From an uncultured Clostridium sp. (lineage in GTDB: Bacteria > Bacillota > Clostridia > TANB77 > CAG-508), in the NCBI GenBank assembly GCA_946639585.1, contig CAMPBS010000003.1:25595-89594 (forward strand): DNA of 64,000 nucleotides, given 5' to 3'. A program made the position numbers and the translations under genes. Shown here one piece after another: positions 40,907 through 50,400 of this stretch. Each line of letters opens with the position of its first letter. Within the stretch, counting starts at the first letter, position 1. The notes beneath the pieces were generated by a model. That model worked only from the letters and a program-made list of their open reading frames with translations. It was not told where the DNA came from and did no database searches.

Positions 40907-41509
40907 ATGAAAAAAAGTATTATTATTTCAGTAGTATTACTACTAATCTTAAGTATTGCAACAACAGTAAACGCATACTCAACAAGTGAGTTCGAGATAG
41001 ATATCCCGGCTTCATTTAAAAAGGCAGGTACAAATGTATATGTTGATGGAGAAGGAAGAAGCTTTAATATAACAACTGTTCCATATAATGAAAAAGATGG
41101 AGATCCATATAATCAAAGAAGTATTGATAAAATGGTAAATGAACTTAAAGAAGAGATGAATTTACAAGATGTTTTCATTAAAGAAATTACAAGATGTACA
41201 AAAAACAACCACAAGTGTGCACACATACAATCAAGTTATCCTATATCAAATATGGTTTATTATATTGATCAATATGCAATAGTATCTGGAAATAAAATTT
41301 ACACTTTAACATTAAGTGCACTTAATAAAGAGGATTTAAACTCTGGTGATTTAAAAAACGTTTTAGATTCTTTTACAATTAAAAATTACAAAGAACCAAA
41401 AAGCACAATGAGCCCAACACTAATTGGTGCAATAATAGGTGCAGGTGTTGGTGTTGTATTAGCAATAGTATCTGTAATAAAGAAGAAAAAAGAAAATCAA
41501 GCTCAATAG
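40907..41509 (+). CDS. hypothetical exported protein with C-terminal membrane anchor
   Basis: Signal peptide MKKSIIISVVLLLILSIATTVNA and a C-terminal TM helix followed by KKKKEN. Confidence 0.5.
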   Translation: MKKSIIISVVLLLILSIATTVNAYSTSEFEIDIPASFKKAGTNVYVDGEGRSFNITTVPYNEKDGDPYNQRSIDKMVNELKEEMNLQDVFIKEITRCTKNNHKCAHIQSSYPISNMVYYIDQYAIVSGNKIYTLTLSALNKEDLNSGDLKNVLDSFTIKNYKEPKSTMSPTLIGAIIGAGVGVVLAIVSVIKKKKENQAQ

Positions 41510-41656
41510 TTAAGTAAATATGCCATCTTATTAAATTTTTTCAAAACAATCTTGCAGAAAACTTGACAAATTTTAAAAATGCTTGTATAATCTATTAGTG
41601 ATTAAAATGTAAAAAAGAAAAGATATATAATATATCTGTTGCGAGGAGGGATAAAG

Positions 41657-41845
41657 ATGGCACAACCAAAAAGAAGATGGTCAAAAGCTAGAACACATTT
41701 AAAAAGATCAACATGGAAAAAAGATGCTCCAAAATATGGAACATGTCCAAAATGTCATGAACCAATTTTACCACACAGAGTATGTGGAAACTGCGGTTAC
41801 TATGACGGAAAAGAAATTATTGCAAAAAAAGAAAATGAAGAATAA
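41657..41845 (+). CDS. rpmF: 50S ribosomal protein L32
   Basis: MAQPKRRWSKARTH.. with a CxxC..CxxC zinc ribbon. TTGACA/TATAAT promoter upstream. Confidence 0.9.
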   Translation: MAQPKRRWSKARTHLKRSTWKKDAPKYGTCPKCHEPILPHRVCGNCGYYDGKEIIAKKENEE

Positions 41846-41850
41846 TAAAG

Positions 41851-41877
41851 AAACGGCAAATTAAAAGCCGTTTTTTT
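41851..41877 (+). terminator. intrinsic terminator after rpmF
   Basis: AACGGC-AAATTAAAA-GCCGTT followed by T7. Confidence 0.6.
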
Positions 41878-41932
41878 CTTATTATACTATCAGGTCAGTT
41901 CTGTGCATTTTACTTTAAAATATGATATAAAA
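41878..41932 (+). promoter_or_regulatory. fab-box promoter/operator cassette, copy A
   Basis: CTTATTATACTATCAGGTCAGTTCTGTGCATTTTACTTTAAAATATGATATAAAA, sharing the conserved block TA(C/T)..CA.GGTCAGTT..T.CATTTT...TTAAAA.TATGATATAAA with copies B and C. Extended -10 is TGATATAAA. Confidence 0.55.
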
Positions 41933-41985
41933 GATATGTTGAAATAAAAAGGGGATAAAGAATTTAATAAGAAAGAGAGAAACGT

Positions 41986-43704
41986 ATGAGTGAAAAACTT
42001 TATAAAACAATAAAAATACACAATTTGAAAGATATGCTAGAAAAAACTGGAGAGTTATATGCTGATAACATAGCTTATAAAATCAAGCTTGAAAAAGGAA
42101 AATATATAACATATACACACAAACAAGTAAGAGATATGATAAATGCACTAGGAACAGCGCTAATTGATATAGATTTAAAAGACAAAAGAATAGCTGTAAT
42201 TGGAGAAAATAGATACGAATGGGAAATAGCTTATCTATCTGTTGTTTGCGGTACAGGTACAGTGGTTCCACTTGATAAATCGTTACCAGCAAATGAATTA
42301 GAATCAGTTATACAAAGGTCAGAAGTTGAAGCAATTTTCTATTCTGAAAAATATGAAGAAACTTTAACAAAAATAAAATATAAAGAAAGTAATAAATTAA
42401 AACACTTAATTTCTATGGATAAACTTCAAAGTGAACATGGAATTTATTCAATGAAAGAGCTGATTTCAAAAGGAGAAGAACTTTTAGACAAAGGAAATAA
42501 TCAATTTTTAAATGCTAAAATTGATAGTGAGGCTATGAGCATAATGTTATTTACTTCTGGAACAACTTCACGCTCTAAAGTTGTTATGCTATCACATAAA
42601 AATATTTGCTCTAATTTAATGGATATTGCAAGTATATTAGATGTAACATCAGAAGATGTGCTATTATCTATATTACCAATTCATCATGTTTTTGAATGTA
42701 CAGTTGGATTCTTATTTTCTCTATATAAAGGAGCTCAAACAGTATTTTGTGATGGTTTAAGACATATTACAGATAACTTAAAAGAATATAAAGTAAGTGT
42801 TATGGCATGTGTACCAGGCATTTATGAGAAAATCTTTTTAATGATTAGAAAACAAATGGAAAAACAGGGAAAGCTTGAAGAAATTCTTGAAAAAGAAGAA
42901 AAATATAAAACCGCTTCTTTAGAAGAAAGAAAAAAAGTATTTGAAGAAATCCATGACATGTTTGGTGGAAACATAAAACTTTTCATATCAGGAGCAGCAG
43001 CATTAGATAGCAATATAGAAGAAAAATACAGATTATTAGGCTTTAATTTAGTACAAGGTTATGGACTAACAGAAACATCACCAGTTGTAGCAGTTGGAAC
43101 AAACAAAGAATACAAAACTGGCTCAATAGGAAAATGCGTGCCAAGTGATGAAGTTAAATTATTAAATATAAATTCAGAAGGGATTGGAGAACTTGCTGTA
43201 AAAGGACCTAATGTTGCACTTGGTTATTACAATGATTCAAAAGCTACAAAAGAATCATTTGAAGATGGATGGTTTAAAACAGGTGATTTAGCTAAAATAG
43301 ATGAAGAAGGATACATATTCATTTGTGGTAGAAAGAAAAGCGTAATAGTTCTTAAAAATGGAAAAAACATCTTCCCAGAAGAAATGGAGAATCTTGTAAA
43401 TAAAATCGAAGGGGTAAAAGAGTCATTTATATTTGGAAAACAATTATCCGAAGATAATGAAAATGTCAAAATACATGTGAAAATTGTTTACGATAGAGAC
43501 ATAGTAAAAGAAACATATAAAGTAGAAACAGAGGAAGAAATTTACAATGCATTAGCAGGTAAAGTTAAAGAAATAAACTCACACATGCCTAAATATAAAG
43601 CGATTCGTGGTATGATTATTACAGAGGAGCCTCTTATAAAAACTACTACAAATAAAATTAAAAGGCAGGCAAATTTAGATGAAATTAACAAAGTTAAAAA
43701 CTAA
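41986..43704 (+). CDS. AMP-dependent long-chain fatty acid ligase (acyl-CoA or acyl-ACP synthetase-like)
   Basis: AMP-binding signature LFTSGTTSRSKVVMLSH, plus ..GYGLTET.. and ..GDLAKIDEEGY... Confidence 0.8.
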   Translation: MSEKLYKTIKIHNLKDMLEKTGELYADNIAYKIKLEKGKYITYTHKQVRDMINALGTALIDIDLKDKRIAVIGENRYEWEIAYLSVVCGTGTVVPLDKSLPANELESVIQRSEVEAIFYSEKYEETLTKIKYKESNKLKHLISMDKLQSEHGIYSMKELISKGEELLDKGNNQFLNAKIDSEAMSIMLFTSGTTSRSKVVMLSHKNICSNLMDIASILDVTSEDVLLSILPIHHVFECTVGFLFSLYKGAQTVFCDGLRHITDNLKEYKVSVMACVPGIYEKIFLMIRKQMEKQGKLEEILEKEEKYKTASLEERKKVFEEIHDMFGGNIKLFISGAAALDSNIEEKYRLLGFNLVQGYGLTETSPVVAVGTNKEYKTGSIGKCVPSDEVKLLNINSEGIGELAVKGPNVALGYYNDSKATKESFEDGWFKTGDLAKIDEEGYIFICGRKKSVIVLKNGKNIFPEEMENLVNKIEGVKESFIFGKQLSEDNENVKIHVKIVYDRDIVKETYKVETEEEIYNALAGKVKEINSHMPKYKAIRGMIITEEPLIKTTTNKIKRQANLDEINKVKN

Positions 43705-44257
43705 AAATATTGCAAGACATTTTATTTATTATGATGAAATAGATTCAACTCAAAGTGAAATTTGGCGTCTTATAGAAGAAAACAAAATTGTAAATGGAAC
43801 AATGGTTGCATGTGATATTCAAACAGCTGGTAAAGGCACACATGGGCGAAATTGGGTTACAGATGAACAAGGTAATATTGCATTTTCTTTGTATATAGAA
43901 ACAAATTGCCAGGTTGAAAAACTAAATGGCTTAACTTTTGATATTGCAAAGATTTTTGTTGATTTATTAAAACAAGACTATAATATAAATGTTGAAATAA
44001 AAGAACCAAATGACCTAATTATAAATAGAAAAAAGATTGGTGGAATACTAACAGAAAGTAAAATTTTAGGTGAGAATGTTAAATTTCTAGTTATAGGCAT
44101 CGGAATCAACATAATTAAAATGAATTTTGAAAAAGAACTTGAAGATATTGCAACATCAATAAAAAGGGAATATCATGTTGAGGTTGATAGAGAGGAATTA
44201 ATAACGAAGTTTTGTAATGAGTTAGAAAAAAATATTGATAGGAGAATTGGTGGATGA
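43679..44257 (+). CDS. birA: biotin--[acetyl-CoA-carboxylase] ligase, short catalytic-core-only form
   Basis: ..QTAGKGTHGRNW.. (biotinyl-AMP loop), ..KIGGILTE.. and ..GIGINI... Only 192 aa, with no HTH domain. Ends in an ATGA overlap with fabD. Confidence 0.7.
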   Translation: MKLTKLKTKNIARHFIYYDEIDSTQSEIWRLIEENKIVNGTMVACDIQTAGKGTHGRNWVTDEQGNIAFSLYIETNCQVEKLNGLTFDIAKIFVDLLKQDYNINVEIKEPNDLIINRKKIGGILTESKILGENVKFLVIGIGINIIKMNFEKELEDIATSIKREYHVEVDREELITKFCNELEKNIDRRIGG

Positions 44258-45180
44258 AAATTGCATTTTTATTTCCTGGCCAAGGAACACAAACAATTGG
44301 TATGGGAAAAGATTTATATGAAAAATATGATGAAGTAAAAAACATATACAACAAAGTAAAAGAAATAACTGGAATCGATATTGCAAAAATATCATTTGAA
44401 GGTCCAGAGGAAGAACTAAACAAAACACAAAACACTCAATTAGCAGTATTAACAGAAAGTTTGGCTATTTTAGAAGTGTTAAAGAAAAACGGAATAAAAG
44501 CGGAAATGTCAGCTGGGTTAAGTCTAGGAGAATATACAGCTTTAATTGAAGATGGAGTTTTCAGTTTAGAAGATGGAGTTAAGCTAGTTCAAAAAAGAGG
44601 AGAGATTATGCAAAATTATACTCCAGATGGTAACTGGAAAATGGCAGCTATACTTGGACTAGACGAAAAAAGCGTAGAAGATGTTTGCAAAAAAGTAGAA
44701 AATGGATTTGTTGTTCCTGCGAATTATAATACTATTGGGCAAATTGTTATTTCTGGAGAAGAACAAGCTGTAATAGAAGCAGGAGAATATGCTAAAGAAG
44801 CAGGTGCAAAAAAGGTAGCAATACTAAATACAGCAGGACCATTCCACACAAGCAAACTTACAGAATGTTCTAAAAAATTAAAAGAAGAATTAGACAAAAC
44901 AACTATAAATGCAAAGGATTCAAAAGTAGTAAAAAACATTGATGGAATGCAATATACAGCAAATGACAATGTTGCTGAAACACTTGCAAAACACATAATG
45001 AATCCTGTAAGATTCACATCATGTTTACAAACAATGTATGATAATGGCGTAGACACATTTGTAGAAGTAGGGCCTGGAAAAACTTTAAGTGCTTTTGTTA
45101 AAAGAATGAAATTTGATGGAGAAATTGGTATTTATAATATAAATAGCTGTGAGAGCTTAGAAAATTTTGCAAATTTTTAG
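44254..45180 (+). CDS. fabD: ACP S-malonyltransferase
   Basis: Motifs FLFPGQGTQ and ..AGLSLGEYTAL... Confidence 0.9.
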   Translation: MKIAFLFPGQGTQTIGMGKDLYEKYDEVKNIYNKVKEITGIDIAKISFEGPEEELNKTQNTQLAVLTESLAILEVLKKNGIKAEMSAGLSLGEYTALIEDGVFSLEDGVKLVQKRGEIMQNYTPDGNWKMAAILGLDEKSVEDVCKKVENGFVVPANYNTIGQIVISGEEQAVIEAGEYAKEAGAKKVAILNTAGPFHTSKLTECSKKLKEELDKTTINAKDSKVVKNIDGMQYTANDNVAETLAKHIMNPVRFTSCLQTMYDNGVDTFVEVGPGKTLSAFVKRMKFDGEIGIYNINSCESLENFANF

Positions 45181-45196
45181 GGACAGGTTCAAAAAA
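45174..45196. repeat. degenerate GGGAGTGTCCC-family motif overlapping the fabD stop
   Basis: TTTTTAGGGACAGGTTCAAAAAA compared with family consensus TTTTAGGGAGTGTCCCAAAAAG. Confidence 0.3.
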
Positions 45197-45258
45197 TATT
45201 TATGTTTGATTTGGGCATAATGACAAAATAAAAAAATATAAAGAAAAGGAGAATTTAT

Positions 45259-45993
45259 ATGGAAAATGTAGCTTTTATTACAGGAGCAACAAGAGGAATT
45301 GGAAGACAAATTGCAATTACACTTGCAAAAAATGGTTTTGATATTGCATTAAATTATAGAACTCAAAATGAAGAATTAGAAGATCTTAAGAAAGAAATTG
45401 AAAGCGAGAATGTAAAATGTTTTGCAGTTCAAGGCGATGTTTCAAGCTTTGAAAGCGCTGAAGAAATGGTTAATAAAATAATTGAAAAATTTGGAAAGAT
45501 TGATGTTTTGGTTAATAATGCAGGTATAACAAAAGATATGCTTCTTATGAGAATGAAAAAAGAAGATTTTGAAAGTGTTATTGATGTTAATTTAGTTGGA
45601 ACTTTCAATATTACAAAAAATGTTATTCCATTTATGATGAAACAAAGAAGCGGAAGAATAATAAACATTTCTTCTGTTGTAGGAATAAGTGGAAATGCAG
45701 GGCAAACTAATTACTCCGCTTCTAAAGCTGGAATAATAGGATTTACAAAGAGCTTGGCAAAAGAAGTTGGAAGTAGAAATATATTAGTAAATGCAGTAGC
45801 ACCTGGATTTATTGAAACTCAGATGACAGATGTATTAAAGGATGAAGTTAAAGAAGAAATAGCAAAACAAATTCCATTAAAAAGAATGGGAACTACACAA
45901 GATGTAGCAAATGTTGTTAAATTCTTAGCTTCAGAAGAAAGTTCATATATCACAGGGCAAGTTATTCAAGTTGATGGCGGAATGCTTATGTAG
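45259..45993 (+). CDS. fabG: 3-oxoacyl-ACP reductase
   Basis: Motifs TGATRGIGR, NNAGIT and YSASKAG. Confidence 0.9.
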   Translation: MENVAFITGATRGIGRQIAITLAKNGFDIALNYRTQNEELEDLKKEIESENVKCFAVQGDVSSFESAEEMVNKIIEKFGKIDVLVNNAGITKDMLLMRMKKEDFESVIDVNLVGTFNITKNVIPFMMKQRSGRIINISSVVGISGNAGQTNYSASKAGIIGFTKSLAKEVGSRNILVNAVAPGFIETQMTDVLKDEVKEEIAKQIPLKRMGTTQDVANVVKFLASEESSYITGQVIQVDGGMLM

Positions 45994-46017
45994 AACAAAA
46001 TTAGATTAAAAAACAGG

Positions 46018-46047
46018 TAAAAAATCTCAATTTATATTGGGATTTTT
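46018..46047 (+). terminator. hairpin terminator forming the 5' part of fab cassette B
   Basis: AAAAATCTCAAT-TTAT-ATTGGGATTTTT. A near-identical hairpin occurs at 53273-53302. Confidence 0.55.
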
Positions 46048-46100
46048 CTTATACCATCAGGTCAGTTATGTACATTTTCCATTAAAAATATGATATAAAT
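46048..46100 (+). promoter_or_regulatory. fab-box promoter/operator cassette, copy B
   Basis: CTTATACCATCAGGTCAGTTATGTACATTTTCCATTAAAAATATGATATAAAT, upstream of fabF. Confidence 0.55.
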
Positions 46101-46140
46101 ATATAGGTACAATTTTGAACATAAGAAAGGAAAAAGAAAA

Positions 46141-47370
46141 ATGAAACGAGTTGTAATAACAGGAATGGGAGCAATAACTCCTATTGGTAAAAATATAGAA
46201 GAAATGTGGGAAAGTATTAAAAATAAAACATGTGGTGTAAATGAAATTACTTTGTTTGATACTACAAATTTCAAAACAAAGGTAGATGCAGAAGTTAAAA
46301 ATTATGATCCATTAGAATACTTTGATCCAAAACAAGCAAAACGTTTTGACAAGTCATCTCAATTTGCAATTATAGCTGCAAGAGAAGCAGTTAAAGATGC
46401 AGGAATAACAAAAGAAAATACAGGCTATGATAGAGTAGGGATATTTGTAAGTTCTGGTATTGGGGGATTAAAAACAATTGAAGACCAATGTAGAGTCGAT
46501 TTTGAAAAAGGAAATAAAAGAGTATCTCCACTATTTATACCAAACTCAATAGTAAATATGCCAGCTGGAAATGTTGCAATAGAATTTGGATTTAAAGGTG
46601 AATCAATTAGTGTTGTAACAGCATGTGCATCATCTACACATAGTATTGGAGAAGCTTATAAAACAATTAAATTAGGCGAAGAAGATGTAATAATAGCTGG
46701 AGGAACTGAAGCATCAATTTGTGAAATTGGTGTTGCTGGTTTTGAAAATATGAAAGCACTATCTGGAAGTACAGATGTAAATAGAGCAAGTATCCCATTT
46801 GACAAAGAAAGAGATGGATTTGTTATGGGAGAAGGCGCTGGAATGCTTGTTTTAGAAGAACTTGAACATGCAAAAGCAAGAGGTGCAAAAATCTATGCAG
46901 AAGTAATTGGTTTTGGTTCTACAACAGATGCTTATCATATTACATCACCTTGTCCAGATGGAGAATGTGGTGCAAAAGCAATGATAAGAGCAATTAAAAA
47001 CGCTGGAATTGAACCAAGTGATGTTGATTACATTAATGCACATGGTACATCTACACATTTAAATGACTCAACAGAAACAATGGCAATTAAAACCGCTTTT
47101 GGTGAACATAGTAAAAAAGTGATGGTAAGTTCAACAAAAGGAAATACAGGCCATTTACTTGGCGCAGCAGGCGCAGTAGAAGCTGCTATTTGTGTTAAAG
47201 CGGTTGAAGCAGGAATTGTTCCACCAACATTAAATTATCAAGTTAAAGATGAAGAATGTGATTTGGATGTTGTTCCAAATGAACCTAGAAAAGTAGATTT
47301 GAATGTTGTAATGTCTAATTCACTTGGATTTGGCGGACACAATGCAAGTATTGTAATTAAAAAGTTCTAA
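46141..47370 (+). CDS. fabF: 3-oxoacyl-ACP synthase II
   Basis: MKRVVITGMG.., active-site ..VTACASS.., ..NAHGTST.. and ..GFGGHN... Confidence 0.9.
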   Translation: MKRVVITGMGAITPIGKNIEEMWESIKNKTCGVNEITLFDTTNFKTKVDAEVKNYDPLEYFDPKQAKRFDKSSQFAIIAAREAVKDAGITKENTGYDRVGIFVSSGIGGLKTIEDQCRVDFEKGNKRVSPLFIPNSIVNMPAGNVAIEFGFKGESISVVTACASSTHSIGEAYKTIKLGEEDVIIAGGTEASICEIGVAGFENMKALSGSTDVNRASIPFDKERDGFVMGEGAGMLVLEELEHAKARGAKIYAEVIGFGSTTDAYHITSPCPDGECGAKAMIRAIKNAGIEPSDVDYINAHGTSTHLNDSTETMAIKTAFGEHSKKVMVSSTKGNTGHLLGAAGAVEAAICVKAVEAGIVPPTLNYQVKDEECDLDVVPNEPRKVDLNVVMSNSLGFGGHNASIVIKKF

Positions 47371-47409
47371 AGATATGATATATTTTTAATTAAGAAAGGA
47401 AAGAGAAAA

Positions 47410-47880
47410 ATGGAATATGATAAAATAAAACAATTAATTGAAGACATGGGAAAATCAAAATTAGATTCTTTGGAAATAGAATTCCCAGATGGTACAAAAA
47501 TAAGCATGACAAAAAATGGTAAGAAATATAATGCAGTGAATGTGAATAATGGCAGCGTGATTGAAGCAAGTGCACCTATGACTGTTCCTGTTGTTCAAAA
47601 TAGTGTTGGAACTAGTTTAGTGGCTACAGAAAAAGAAACTCCTACTGGAAATGTTGTTAAATCTCCAATGGTTGGTACATTCTATTCAAAGCCATCTCCT
47701 GATGCAGAGCCATTTGTTGAGGTTGGGCAAGTTGTAAAAAAAGGTCAAACACTTTGTATAATAGAAGCAATGAAGTTAATGAATGAAATTGAATCTGAAT
47801 TTGATGGAAAAGTTAAAGAAGTTCTTGTTTCAGATGGCGAAGCCATTGAGTATGGTAAACCATTATTTATTATTGAATAA
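47410..47880 (+). CDS. accB: acetyl-CoA carboxylase biotin carboxyl carrier protein
   Basis: Biotinylation motif ..CIIEAMKLMNEIE... Confidence 0.9.
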   Translation: MEYDKIKQLIEDMGKSKLDSLEIEFPDGTKISMTKNGKKYNAVNVNNGSVIEASAPMTVPVVQNSVGTSLVATEKETPTGNVVKSPMVGTFYSKPSPDAEPFVEVGQVVKKGQTLCIIEAMKLMNEIESEFDGKVKEVLVSDGEAIEYGKPLFIIE

Positions 47881-47891
47881 ATTAATTTGAA

Positions 47892-48026
47892 CATAATATA
47901 ATGATTTTAAAATCCGCGTAAGCGACCAACCGTAGCGAAGCGCAGGGCGACTGGAGCAACTTACAGACTAGTAATATTATAATCTGGAAGTTGCGACACC
48001 AAGGATTTAAAAATCATTATATTATG
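47892..48026 (-). repeat. GC-core element copy 3, inverted orientation, between accB and fabZ
   Basis: Arms CATAATATAATGATTTT (47892-47908) and AAAATCATTATATTATG (48010-48026). The core is the reverse complement of copies 1 and 2. Confidence 0.75.
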
Positions 48027-48046
48027 GGTAAAGGAAGGATTTAAAA

Positions 48047-48469
48047 ATGTTAAATAAAGAAGAAATAAAAAATATCATACCTCAACGCGAGCCATTTTTA
48101 ATGATAGATGAGGTTGATGAGTTTGTACCAGGAGAAAGTGCAGTTGCATACAAAAATGTAGATGAAAGTGAATGGTATTTTAAAGGACATTTTCCAGGTA
48201 ACCCAATTATGCCAGGGGTTTTAATTGCTGAAAGCTTAGCACAAACAGGCGCTGTTGCAATACTTTCATTAGAAGAAAATAAAGGTAAAAATGCTTTATT
48301 TGGTGGAATAGATAAAATGAAATTCAAGAAAATGGTTGTGCCTGGAGATAAACTTAAACTTGAAGTGAAAATTATAAAGAAAAAAGGCCCAATTGGAGTT
48401 GGAGAAGGTATTGCAACTGTTAATGGAGTTTTAGCTGCTAAAGGTGAATTTACATTTGCAGTGGTATAA
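48047..48469 (+). CDS. fabZ: 3-hydroxyacyl-ACP dehydratase FabZ
   Basis: Motifs ..LPQREPFLMID.. and ..HFPGNPIMPGVL... Confidence 0.9.
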   Translation: MLNKEEIKNIIPQREPFLMIDEVDEFVPGESAVAYKNVDESEWYFKGHFPGNPIMPGVLIAESLAQTGAVAILSLEENKGKNALFGGIDKMKFKKMVVPGDKLKLEVKIIKKKGPIGVGEGIATVNGVLAAKGEFTFAVV

Positions 48470-48536
48470 TTTTAAAAATTAATATATTGTACTAATAGCA
48501 ATAAAAAATAAAGAGAAAATGGAAAGGACAAACGAA

Positions 48537-49877
48537 ATGAACAAAATTTTAATTGCAAATCGTGGAGAAATTGCAGTAAGAATAATAAGAGCCTGCAAAG
48601 AAATGAATATAAAAACAGTAGCAATATATTCAGAAGCAGATAAAGATGCTCTTCATACTCGTCTAGCAGATGAAGCAATATGTATAGGGCCTGCAAATTC
48701 AAAGCAAAGCTATTTAAACATAAAAAACATAATAGAAGCAGCATATTTAACAAAAGCAGACAGCATTCATCCAGGATTTGGTTTTTTATCTGAAAATGCA
48801 CAATTTGCAAAAATATGTGAAGAATCAAATATAAAATTTATTGGACCAAAATCAAGTGTTATAAACCTTTTAGGAAATAAATCTAATAGCAAAGAAATGA
48901 TGAAAAAAGTTGGAGTTCCAGTTATACCTGGTTCAGATGGTTCAGTAAATAACATAGAAGATGCAATAATAGTTTGTAAAGAAATTGGATATCCAATATT
49001 GTTAAAAGCAGCAAGTGGCGGTGGAGGAAAAGGAATAAGAATAGTTAATACGCCAGACGAACTTGCCCAAAACTTCAACATTGTAAAACAAGAAGCCAAA
49101 AATGCTTTTAATGATGATGAAATTTACATAGAAAAATTTATAAAAGAGCCTAGACATGTTGAAATTCAAATACTTGCTGACGAATATGGAAATGTTGTTC
49201 ATCTAGGAGAAAGGGATTGCACAATCCAAAGAAATCATCAAAAAGTAATAGAAGAAACACCTTCAACAATTATAGATGAGAAATTAAGAAATAAAATGGG
49301 AGAAGCTGCGGTGAAAGCTGCAAAAGCTGCAGGATACACAAGCTGTGGTACAGTTGAATTCTTAGTTGATAGTGATAGAAACTTTTATTTTATGGAAATG
49401 AACACAAGAATTCAAGTAGAGCATCCTATAACAGAAATGGTTACAGGAATTGATCTTGTAAAAGAACAAATAAGAATAGCTGCAGGAGAAGAATTAAAAA
49501 TTAGTCAAAAAGAAATAGGCTTCAGAGGTCATTCAATAGAATGTAGAATAAATGCTGAAAATCCAAGCAAAAACTTTATGCCATCACCTGGAAAAATAAA
49601 TGAATTAAACTTACCAGGCGGAAATGGAATTAGAGTAGATACTGCAATATATAGTGGATATGTAATTCCACCAAACTATGACTCTATGATTGCAAAAATA
49701 ATTGTACATGGTGTAAATAGAAATGAAGCAATAAGCAAAATGAAAAGAGCTTTAGAAGAACTTGTAATTGATGGAATTGATACTAATAGAGATTTCTTAT
49801 TTGATATTATTAGAAATCCTGATTTTATTAGAGGAAATTATGACACTTCTTTTATTGAGAAGAAGATATTAAACTAA
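48537..49877 (+). CDS. accC: acetyl-CoA carboxylase biotin carboxylase subunit
   Basis: MNKILIANRGEIAVRI.., ATP-grasp ..GGGGKGIR.. and ..EMNTRIQVEH... Confidence 0.95.
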   Translation: MNKILIANRGEIAVRIIRACKEMNIKTVAIYSEADKDALHTRLADEAICIGPANSKQSYLNIKNIIEAAYLTKADSIHPGFGFLSENAQFAKICEESNIKFIGPKSSVINLLGNKSNSKEMMKKVGVPVIPGSDGSVNNIEDAIIVCKEIGYPILLKAASGGGGKGIRIVNTPDELAQNFNIVKQEAKNAFNDDEIYIEKFIKEPRHVEIQILADEYGNVVHLGERDCTIQRNHQKVIEETPSTIIDEKLRNKMGEAAVKAAKAAGYTSCGTVEFLVDSDRNFYFMEMNTRIQVEHPITEMVTGIDLVKEQIRIAAGEELKISQKEIGFRGHSIECRINAENPSKNFMPSPGKINELNLPGGNGIRVDTAIYSGYVIPPNYDSMIAKIIVHGVNRNEAISKMKRALEELVIDGIDTNRDFLFDIIRNPDFIRGNYDTSFIEKKILN

Positions 49878-49941
49878 AAAGATACTTTACAAGTATCTTT
49901 TTTTGATATAAAATACAGAAAGATGGAAAGGAATAGATGAT

Positions 49942-50400
49942 ATGAATGATTTAGTTAGAAACTGTATTGAAAGCCGTAGAACAGCTATATTCAATGCATA
50001 TGATGTTAAAAATGAAGATAATTTAAATAAGATAGAGGAGTTTTTTAAAAAACTTGAGGATTTTGCAAACAATTATGATGATGTAATGGCATTTGAAGGA
50101 GCATTTGCAAGTTCAGAATTGAACCAAGAATATATGTCTTTATTTACTCAAATTGCTACAACGGAAGCACCAAAAAATATAAATGTAGATGATTATAAGC
50201 AACAAGATTCATTACAACTTTCTGGAGATGAAATTGCTCAAATGGCCGCAGATGAACTTGTAGAAGGAGTGACGTCAAAAGCTAGAGGAATTGCATATAG
50301 AGAAGCCTATGACAAGGTTAGAGATATTCCAGGTGTTGGCGATGCTATAGATATTAAAAATAAGATTGATTTCTTTGGAAGATTTAGAAAGAATAAATAA
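49942..50400 (+). CDS. hypothetical protein
   Basis: 152-aa ORF. No family recognised. Confidence 0.45.
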   Translation: MNDLVRNCIESRRTAIFNAYDVKNEDNLNKIEEFFKKLEDFANNYDDVMAFEGAFASSELNQEYMSLFTQIATTEAPKNINVDDYKQQDSLQLSGDEIAQMAADELVEGVTSKARGIAYREAYDKVRDIPGVGDAIDIKNKIDFFGRFRKNK

